Part shown: positions 49,367-55,846 of the stretch, in pieces | How positions within the stretch are numbered: the stretch's first letter is position 1 | Layout of the letters: every line of letters starts with the position of its first letter | Assembly (NCBI GenBank): GCA_003559475.1 | Contig: PWLF01000170.1 | Coordinates: 1 to 55,846, forward strand | Source of the DNA: Bacteroidales bacterium | GTDB taxonomy: Bacteria > Bacteroidota > Bacteroidia > Bacteroidales > UBA7960 | Direction of reading: 5' to 3' | Length of the DNA: 55,846 nucleotides | Notes under the pieces: model-generated | Database searches by the model: none | What the model was told of the DNA's origin: nothing | Seen by the model: the letters and a program-made list of their open reading frames with translations, nothing else | Program-made: the position numbers and the translations under genes

Positions 49367-50380
49367 ATGAGGATATTAAAAAAAACTACGGTATTATTAT
49401 TACTTGTATATTCATTATCATCTTATTCGCAAGTTTCAATAAGTGATAAAGAAAATCAACAGCCTCATCCATCTGCAGTATTAGATTTAATATCAAATGA
49501 TAAGGGCTCTCTAATGACTCGGCTAACTGAATCTCAAAGAGATGCAGTAGCTAATCCTTCAGAGGCATTAATGATTTTTAATAAAACGAAAAAATGTATT
49601 GAGATTTGGGTAGATGGTTCTTGGCATGAGATTTATTGCTTAGAGAGTGAAGATCCTATTGAAGAGTATTGTGATGGATTAGAGGAGGTTACATTTATGT
49701 ATAACGGGCAGGAAGTTACATATAGGACAGTAGGAAGCACTAAAACCGGGTATTGTTGGTTAGACAGAAATTTAGGAGCTGTTTCTTATGATGAAGGTGA
49801 TCCGGATACACATGGTCCATCATCGAAAACTGATATTAATTTTTACGGAGATATTTTTCAGTGGGGTAGAGCAGATGATGGTCATCAGGTTATAAATTGG
49901 ATAGATTCAGAGAATTCCGACGGAGATGAGCAAAACAGAGAAACTTCTATTTTAGCAACCAACGATCAGCCCGGGCATGCTAATTTTATTAAATCAACAC
50001 ATGATGATGAGTTTGATTGGCGGACTGATAATAACACTAATAGGTGGAATGCTGACCCAATTGTTAACAATCCTTGTCCGGATGGTTGGCGTGTTCCAAC
50101 TGAGCAAGAGTGGGCAAATGAAGCAGGGTTTGATGATAATGGTTGGAGTAATTCCGATGATGCTTTCGCTTCAGACCTTAAGTTGACTGTTGCCGGCTTT
50201 CGTGACTTTGAATTTGGTGCGCTAAGACGTACGGGTGACCGCGGTCTATACTGGTCAAGTACAGTTAGCGACGGAGCCACTTGCTCTATGCTTATATTAT
50301 TTGATGATGATCTTGCTATGATGGATATCAGTGGTGGAAGAGCCGGCGGAGACTCAGTTAGGTGCATCAAGGATAATTAG
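49367..50380 (+). CDS. Array member P6: shared N-module plus lectin-like domain (subclass B; closest paralogue of P2)
   Basis: SYSQVSISDKENQQPHPSAVLDLISNDKGSLMTRLTESQRDAV, CWLDRNLGA, GDIFQWGRADDGHQVINWI, NPCPDGWRVPTEQEW, DSVRCIKDN. Confidence 0.8.
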   Translation: MRILKKTTVLLLLVYSLSSYSQVSISDKENQQPHPSAVLDLISNDKGSLMTRLTESQRDAVANPSEALMIFNKTKKCIEIWVDGSWHEIYCLESEDPIEEYCDGLEEVTFMYNGQEVTYRTVGSTKTGYCWLDRNLGAVSYDEGDPDTHGPSSKTDINFYGDIFQWGRADDGHQVINWIDSENSDGDEQNRETSILATNDQPGHANFIKSTHDDEFDWRTDNNTNRWNADPIVNNPCPDGWRVPTEQEWANEAGFDDNGWSNSDDAFASDLKLTVAGFRDFEFGALRRTGDRGLYWSSTVSDGATCSMLILFDDDLAMMDISGGRAGGDSVRCIKDN

Positions 50381-50445
50381 ACACTTTTTTTAACTCCGTA
50401 ATTCATTGATACTGCACAGAATAACCAATGCAAATTGTCCTAATA

Positions 50446-51603
50446 TTATATGTTAGAAGACAGATTGTTATTTTTAACCGCATTTTCATATTTAATGGGT
50501 GTATGTCCTGTCTTTTTCTTAAACCAAGAGTAAAAAGTAGCCCTAGACTTAAAACCAACATCTTTTGAAATATACTCAATTGAGTGTTTTGTCAAATAAT
50601 CATTTTTGATCATTTCTTTTGCCTCTTCTATTCTCATATTATTAATCAAAGAGTAAAAATTGTCCCCTGTCTCTTCTTTTATTGATAAAGATATATATGT
50701 TCTGTTTATGCCGATTTTTTTTGCTATGCTGAATAATGATAAATTTGGGTTTTTAAATAACTTCTCGTTTTTTATGTACTTCAATATCTTATTGTAAATA
50801 CTCTTTGTATCTATATTTTGCTTTTGTTCCGGTTTTATATTAGATGTTTTAGTACTAGTAACTTCTTTATTTAATAGCTCATGTTGGTCAGCATGGCTTT
50901 TATATATAGCTTTTTGCTTGACACCGAAATAACTGATGATGAAAATTTTAATAGCAGTTAAAAAAGAAAAAACTATATCGGCCTGAATGCCAAATATAAA
51001 TTTCTTATAAAACTGTTGGTCAATAATTGTTAATGAAAGTTCAAAAAATATAATAAAAAAATAAAAAATTAATAAAAGTTTAAGCCATAATAAATTGTTT
51101 TTGTGATGGTAGGTTGAAAAATACTCTTTAATATTTGATTTGTGAAATCTAAATAATTTTATAATTAAAAAACAATAAAGCAAAACTTGCAGTGTATAAA
51201 TAGATACAGCTATGTAATAGTAATAGTGATTAATAACAACAAGGTTAATGACATAAATGCGATCTATGAAATAAATTGTAATGAAAAAAAATAAGGCTAA
51301 AAAACTTGGAGAAAAGTGAATTAAATATTTTTTTTGCCAAATAAAGGGAAATAATATTAGAGATTTTGTATATAAAAACCAAAATGGTATTATTGCGAAA
51401 AACCAGAAGGAATGAAATATAACCCCGAGAATAGAGAAATTGTTTAATAGATATATAAAAATAGAGTAGTATAAAGCTATATTTAGTAATTGAAGCCCTA
51501 ATATTTTTTTTGATATATGCTTCTCAGTTATTACAATTGAAGCAAATATTAGTGGAATAATAACTAACAAAAAGCGTAGTATATCTATAATGTTAACCTC
51601 CAT
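50446..51603 (-). CDS. Second membrane-anchored AraC-family regulator (paralogue of 42741-43868)
   Basis: Same architecture. The C-terminal 110 aa align almost residue for residue with the first copy (NIDTKSIYNK....I....L...P.LSLFSI......INRTY.S.SIKEE...NFYSLIN.MR..EAK..I). Confidence 0.8.
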   Translation of the reverse strand: MEVNIIDILRFLLVIIPLIFASIVITEKHISKKILGLQLLNIALYYSIFIYLLNNFSILGVIFHSFWFFAIIPFWFLYTKSLILFPFIWQKKYLIHFSPSFLALFFFITIYFIDRIYVINLVVINHYYYYIAVSIYTLQVLLYCFLIIKLFRFHKSNIKEYFSTYHHKNNLLWLKLLLIFYFFIIFFELSLTIIDQQFYKKFIFGIQADIVFSFLTAIKIFIISYFGVKQKAIYKSHADQHELLNKEVTSTKTSNIKPEQKQNIDTKSIYNKILKYIKNEKLFKNPNLSLFSIAKKIGINRTYISLSIKEETGDNFYSLINNMRIEEAKEMIKNDYLTKHSIEYISKDVGFKSRATFYSWFKKKTGHTPIKYENAVKNNNLSSNI

Positions 51604-51840
51604 GATAGTATTTATATATATAATTATTTGTATTGTTTAATGGAATATAGTGATTTGATTTTTATAAAATATCCCTGAAATAAATAAAATCATATTAAAA
51701 AATATAAAATACAAAGTTAATAAATTTAACTCTATTATTCTTTTAATATCATCTCAATCTTTTCAAAATATCAATTTTCCGTTTTCCCTTATTTCCCTGT
51801 GAATAAGCGACAATACAAAATTTTATTTAGAAAATAATTT

Positions 51841-51902
51841 GTATGGATTGTCCAAATTGAACAAGTTGGTTTTGTCAGAAATAATATAAATATGTACGTT
51901 TG
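51841..51902 (+). promoter_or_regulatory. Conserved promoter, copy 3 (about 355 nt upstream of the next gene)
   Basis: GTATGGATTGTCCAAATTGAACA (51841-51863), then TACGTTTG (51895-51902) starting 54 nt after the motif start. An inverted partial copy ATTGTCCAAAT lies on the minus strand at 51997-52007. Confidence 0.5.
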
Positions 51903-52110
51903 TTTTTAAATTCAACAAAAAAATTGGATTAAACATCAAAGTTCATAATCTATATATTAATTTTTTTAATAGTATTAACATTGAAAGAGATATTTCATTT
52001 GGACAATATGGTTTGTATAAAATTATATTTTTAAAACCATGACAATTAGATACATCAAAATCAAAAATATAACTACTTGCTTCAAAGAATTGAAGCTATA
52101 GAAAATAAAT

Positions 52111-52233
52111 AAAAAGAAAAACGCCTTTATGGGTTATTTGGTATTACTAGTTAGTATGTTTTGTTTGCATAATTTTTAATCGTTCTTTATAATTAATGAC
52201 TACCATCTAATACTATAAAGGCTTTTTCTTTTT
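52111..52233. repeat. Near-perfect 19-20 nt inverted repeat enclosing 84 nt, inside the long leader of 52258-53217
   Basis: AAAAAGAAAAACGCCTTTAT (52111-52130) versus ATAAAGGCTTTTTCTTTTT (52215-52233). The reverse complement differs by one missing G. A related ATAAAGGCGTTTTT occurs at about 48325-48338. Confidence 0.6.
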
Positions 52234-52257
52234 ATTTGTATTATTAAATTGTTTTAA

Positions 52258-53217
52258 ATGGTTATCGCAATGAATATTTTTAAAAAATTATTAGTTTCAG
52301 CTTTATTTTTAACTTTTGTACACATATCTTTTTCGCAAACATCCATTAGTAATAAAGAAACTCATCATCCTCACCCTTCAGCAGTGCTTGATTTAATATC
52401 TGACGATAAAGGGTTTCTTCTTACTCGCATGTCAACTGATAATAGAAATGATATTGATGATCCTGCTGAGTCATTGTTGATTTTTAACTCGGAAACTAAA
52501 TGTATTGAAATTTATCTTGGTGGAGAATGGCATGATGTATGGTGTTCTGAGGTAGAACCTTTTGCTGAATGTGGTGATAACTTATCTTTTACATACAGAG
52601 GATCTACAGTGGTATATGGAACAATAGAAAGTCCTACTACCGGCGAATGCTGGCTTGACAGAAATCTTGGCGCCTCAAAAGTTGCACAATCATACGATGA
52701 TGAAGATGCTTTTGGAGATTTATTCCAGTGGGGAAGATTAGATGACGGGCATCAAGATAGGGAAAGCAACACAACTACAACGACATCCGCTGACAATAGC
52801 CCCGGTCATAACGAATTTATAATAAATACCAATAATCCATACTCGTGGCAAGTACCGCAAACATGCGACTTATGGCAAAGCGCTTCTTGCGAAAATAACC
52901 CATGCCCACCCGGTTGGAAAGTCCCTGATAGGGATGAATGGACCGCTGAAACGGGTGCATGGGAATCTGATGACTATAGAGAAGATGCCTTTAATACTTT
53001 AAAATTAACAGCCGCAGGTAATAGAAGTCATTTTAGTGGAGATCTTGATAACGCCGGAAGTAGAGGATACTACTGGACAACTGAATGTACTCCAAACTAT
53101 TACTCCGGAGATCCTAATTACCACGGAGCTTTTAGACAAATTATTAGTGAAGAAAGTAAATGGAGGTTAAGGCATAGACTAGGAGAAGGTCAAGCAATAA
53201 GGTGTATTAAAAAATAA
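52258..53217 (+). CDS. Array member P7: shared N-module plus lectin-like domain (subclass B)
   Basis: SFSQTSISNKETHHPHPSAVLDLISDDKGFLLTRMSTDNRNDIDDPAESLLIFNSETKC, CWLDRNLGA, GDLFQWGRLDDGHQ, NPCPPGWKVPDRDEW, AIRCIKK. An alternative ATG lies at 52270. Confidence 0.8.
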   Translation: MVIAMNIFKKLLVSALFLTFVHISFSQTSISNKETHHPHPSAVLDLISDDKGFLLTRMSTDNRNDIDDPAESLLIFNSETKCIEIYLGGEWHDVWCSEVEPFAECGDNLSFTYRGSTVVYGTIESPTTGECWLDRNLGASKVAQSYDDEDAFGDLFQWGRLDDGHQDRESNTTTTTSADNSPGHNEFIINTNNPYSWQVPQTCDLWQSASCENNPCPPGWKVPDRDEWTAETGAWESDDYREDAFNTLKLTAAGNRSHFSGDLDNAGSRGYYWTTECTPNYYSGDPNYHGAFRQIISEESKWRLRHRLGEGQAIRCIKK

Positions 53218-53270
53218 ATTGTTTAACAAAAAAGTAATATTTGATATTTAAATATATAAAAATTTAAATT

Positions 53271-54260
53271 ATGAACAGAAAAAAAATCAAAACAATCTTA
53301 GCGTTAATCGTATTTTTAGTTAGTTTTAATAAAAGCTACTCTCAAGTTTCTATTTATGATGGAGCTGGCAGTTCTCCAGAAGCTCACCCTGCTGCAGTAC
53401 TGGATTTAAAATCTGAAGATAAGGGTTTGTTAATTCCTAGGATGGATACTGATTCAAGAGATAATATCAATAATCCTGCGGAATCATTAATAATATTTAA
53501 TGAAGAGAAAAACTGTGTTGAAGTTCACTTGAATGGTGAATGGAATGAATTATGGTGCAAACCGGAACCGGAAATAGATGCATGTGAGGGTGTTTCTCAA
53601 CCAACATTGGATGGCTATAATTATGAGATTATCGGCTTAGGCGACCAATGCTGGTTTGCTGAAAATTTGAGGTATTTGCCTGATGTTCACCAGGTTGATG
53701 ATGCATCAGACTCAGAACCACGTTATTATGTACATGGTTATAACGGAACAGTCGTTGCTGATGCAATACTTCATGAAGAGGAGTTACACGGAAGTGATAT
53801 TAATGTTTATGAAACTTTTGGTGTGCTTTATAACTGGACTGCTGCAATAAATTCATGTCCTGATGGCTGGAGCTTACCCGATGATGATGATTGGAAAGAA
53901 TTGGAATTGTATCTTGGCATGGAGCAATCTGAGGTTGATGCTTATGATCTTGATAGAGGAACAAATGAAGGTGCAAAGATTGCCGGTAATGAAGCTTTAT
54001 GGCAGTCAGGGGAATTAACTGATGATCCTGAATTTGGATTGACAGGATTTGACGCTTTGCCGGCAGGACACAGAAGAACGCATGAAGACTTTACGCACTT
54101 GGGTGATATAACTAATTTTTGGGTAGCAACTGAAGAATGTGATCACTGGGATGATGAAACATACTGCTATAGAGGTCTATCCTCTTCTATTTTTATAGGA
54201 ATAGACAGAATGGGGCATTATGGAGAAGCAGGGTATTCAGTTAGATGCATTAAAGATTAA
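53271..54260 (+). CDS. Array member P8: shared N-module plus FISUMP domain (subclass A)
   Basis: SYSQVSIYDGAGSSPEAHPAAVLDLKSEDKGLLIPRMDTDSRDNINNPAESLIIFNEEKNC, GDQCWFAENLRYLPDV, FGVLYNWTAA, CPDGWSLPDDDDW, GFDALPAGHR, YSVRCIKD. Confidence 0.8.
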   Translation: MNRKKIKTILALIVFLVSFNKSYSQVSIYDGAGSSPEAHPAAVLDLKSEDKGLLIPRMDTDSRDNINNPAESLIIFNEEKNCVEVHLNGEWNELWCKPEPEIDACEGVSQPTLDGYNYEIIGLGDQCWFAENLRYLPDVHQVDDASDSEPRYYVHGYNGTVVADAILHEEELHGSDINVYETFGVLYNWTAAINSCPDGWSLPDDDDWKELELYLGMEQSEVDAYDLDRGTNEGAKIAGNEALWQSGELTDDPEFGLTGFDALPAGHRRTHEDFTHLGDITNFWVATEECDHWDDETYCYRGLSSSIFIGIDRMGHYGEAGYSVRCIKD

Positions 54261-54353
54261 AAAGATTATTTAATATAAATGGTTTTTTTAAATCTTTATT
54301 GGCTAATATCATGACTAAAAAAATCTTAACTAAAAACTTTAAAAAATAACATT

Positions 54354-55846
54354 ATGAAAAAAACTATCTTTTTATCAATTTTTTTAATTGGATATCTGAT
54401 ATCCTCTTATTCACAAGTATCAATCAGTCCCGATGGTCGCGACCCTCATCCGGCTGCTATTATGGATTTGATATCAGATGACAAAGGGTTTCTCATACCT
54501 AGAGTAGAGCTTACAGGCACAAATGATGTCTCTACTGTTGATGTTAATGCAGCACACGTCCATGATGCTGTTGGGTTACTGGTTTATAACATCAATACGG
54601 AAAATGATGTAACTCCGGGTTTCTACTACTGGAATGATACCGAATGGGTTAGAATTGCCGTAGGAGATGATATTGTTACCTATACTGCCGGAGATGGCTT
54701 GTTATTAGTAGGCACAGAGTTTTCTGCTGACTTTGGTACAGGTCCTGGAAAAGTTGCAGAAGGAAATGATTCTAGAATTAACAACGGACAAACTGCCTAT
54801 GACTGGGGTAACCATGCTGATGCAGGTTATTTAGACTCTTTTGATGAGTTGGATCCAACTTGGAGTGGGGATGCAAATATTACAGGAGATATAGGAAGAA
54901 CAGGGAATGTTGGAATCGGCACAACAACACCTGAACATGATTTGAATGTACACGCAGAAGATCACGCTACAATAAGCATAACCTCAGACGATTCTCAATA
55001 TAGAACGACATTAAATAATTACAGACAATGGGAGGCAGGAGAACCAATGATGACTTTAACCGGTAGGGATGACGATGTAGTAATTGGTCAATATATGTAT
55101 GGTACTGGTCATAAGGGAACGGCATTAATGTCCGGTAATGTAGGTATCGGGACAATAAGTCCCCAAGCAAAGCTCGAAGTATCAGAAGATGGAGCTATAT
55201 TGGCAACCGGAGATGTTGGTGATGGATGGCAGGGTGGAAACTTAGGCGCAGGGTCAAGATTAAAGTGGATCCCAAGAAAAGCTGCTTTTAGGGCAGGTGA
55301 AGCAACCGATGATGAATGGAATGCTACGAATATTGGCGATTATTCTTTTGCAGTAGGTCGTAATACAACGGCTAGCAGCCGTGCATCTTTTGCAATAGGA
55401 GAGTCTTCTTCTGCTACAGGAAGATGGTCTTTTGCCGGAGGCGAGGCTACAGCGTCAGGCGATTTTTCTTTCGCTATGGGTAGTGGCGAAGCGAGTGGAA
55501 ATTCATCAATTTCAATGGGACTGTGGGCTAATTCTGAAGGATCACAGTCAGTTTCCTTGGGTAGATATACTAGAGCAAATGGCGATAGATCAGTCGCTAT
55601 AGGAGAAAATTTAAATACAAATTCACATGATAATGCTTATGTTTTTGGCAAAGGAAACGCGACGTCTAATCGCTTTCTATCACCAAAAGCTAACTCTTTT
55701 TCTGTTGGGTTTAATAAAGGAAATGCAGATGATCCTGACTTTATGGTAGAAGAAGGAAAGGTGGGAATCAATACCTCCAACCCTCTAACCGCACTAGAAG
55801 TATCCGGCGACGGAGCAATCTTAGCAACAGGAACCGGCGGTAGTGG
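54354..55846 (+). CDS. Array member P9: same signal peptide and N-module start, fused to a tail-fibre / YadA-head-like repeat region; the 3' end runs off the window
   Basis: Absent from the ORF track because no stop is reached. I translated it codon by codon from the ATG at 54354 and it stays open to the window end. The sequence reads MKKTIFLSIFLIGYLISSYSQVSISPDGRDPHPAAIMDLISDDKGFLIPRVELTG...GLLVYN...FYYWNDTEWV. Later come GNVGIGTTTPEHDLNV and GNVGIGTISPQAKLEV, then degenerate S(F/I)A.G......G repeats (YSFAVGRNTTAS, SFAIGESSSATG, SFAGGEATASG, SFAMGSGEASG, SISMG, SVSLG, SVAIGEN). Confidence 0.8.
   Translation, partial: MKKTIFLSIFLIGYLISSYSQVSISPDGRDPHPAAIMDLISDDKGFLIPRVELTGTNDVSTVDVNAAHVHDAVGLLVYNINTENDVTPGFYYWNDTEWVRIAVGDDIVTYTAGDGLLLVGTEFSADFGTGPGKVAEGNDSRINNGQTAYDWGNHADAGYLDSFDELDPTWSGDANITGDIGRTGNVGIGTTTPEHDLNVHAEDHATISITSDDSQYRTTLNNYRQWEAGEPMMTLTGRDDDVVIGQYMYGTGHKGTALMSGNVGIGTISPQAKLEVSEDGAILATGDVGDGWQGGNLGAGSRLKWIPRKAAFRAGEATDDEWNATNIGDYSFAVGRNTTASSRASFAIGESSSATGRWSFAGGEATASGDFSFAMGSGEASGNSSISMGLWANSEGSQSVSLGRYTRANGDRSVAIGENLNTNSHDNAYVFGKGNATSNRFLSPKANSFSVGFNKGNADDPDFMVEEGKVGINTSNPLTALEVSGDGAILATGTGGS

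Noticed and set aside
6916-50370. Antisense or out-of-frame ORFs inside well-supported genes, for example 6916-7344(-), 13411-14020(-), 19257-19694(-), 38307-38741(+), 39892-40272(+), 44329-44817(-), 46843-47172(-) and 49966-50370(-)
   Set aside because: Each overlaps a gene with clear family motifs on the other strand or frame. None shows a recognisable motif of its own.
50433-50444. AATTGTCCTAAT resembling the operator core, just downstream of the AraC-2 stop
   Set aside because: It matches only 8 contiguous nt, with an insertion relative to the motif. It has no associated -7 box and lies between convergent gene ends, so it is likely chance.
52111-52233. Invertible promoter (inverton) bounded by the 19-nt inverted repeat
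   Set aside because: I found no TAnnTTTG box on either strand of the enclosed 84 nt, and no recombinase or invertase gene in the window. It is kept only as an unexplained structured leader.
44088-54260. Diversity-generating retroelement acting on the variable C-termini of the lectin-like genes
   Set aside because: No reverse transcriptase ORF is present. No template-repeat copy of any 3' gene end is visible in the window. Differences between paralogues are not limited to adenine-templated positions. A DGR elsewhere in the genome cannot be excluded.
1-55846. CRISPR arrays, tRNA/rRNA genes, transposases, integrases and prophage or defence-system hallmarks
   Set aside because: All intergenic regions are short (mostly under 230 nt), AT-rich and lack direct-repeat/spacer periodicity or tRNA-like GC-rich stems. 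No ORF translation shows DDE, tyrosine or serine recombinase motifs, or nuclease/ATPase defence motifs.

Overview
This is an AT-rich chromosomal segment that looks like Bacteroidota. The signs are a PorP/SprF plus GldJ gliding/T9SS pair, a fused LpxC-FabZ, TAnnTTTG-type promoter boxes, and many secreted proteins with Fibrobacter-succinogenes-major-paralogous (FISUMP) or InlB-B-repeat domains. Housekeeping genes are clear: lysS, gltX, murF, anmK, cysC, lpxA, lpxC/fabZ, lpxD, a CCA/HD nucleotidyltransferase, tsaC and an S9 peptidase. I saw no rRNA, tRNA, CRISPR array, transposase or integrase. Three accessory modules stand out. (1) 42.7 kb to the window end holds nine same-strand genes for secreted proteins. 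All share one N-terminal module of about 70 aa. Their C-termini diverge: eight carry lectin-like FISUMP domains of two subclasses, and one carries a tail-fibre/adhesin-like repeat region that runs off the window. Two paralogous 7-TM AraC regulators are interleaved, and three promoters carry the same 23-nt operator-like motif at identical spacing. I think this is the best candidate for an undescribed system. (2) 25.4-35.7 kb is a one-strand orphan cluster: a small Tyr/Asp-rich ORF, an HTH protein, a BtrH_N-like protein, an ACP, a sulfotransferase, two B12-binding radical SAM enzymes, a TonB-dependent receptor and a lipoprotein. An APS kinase flanks it. (3) 1-6.6 kb is a CotH / HlyD-like / VTC / DUF4956 unit. 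All functional calls come from reading the translations and recalling family motifs. No database search was run.
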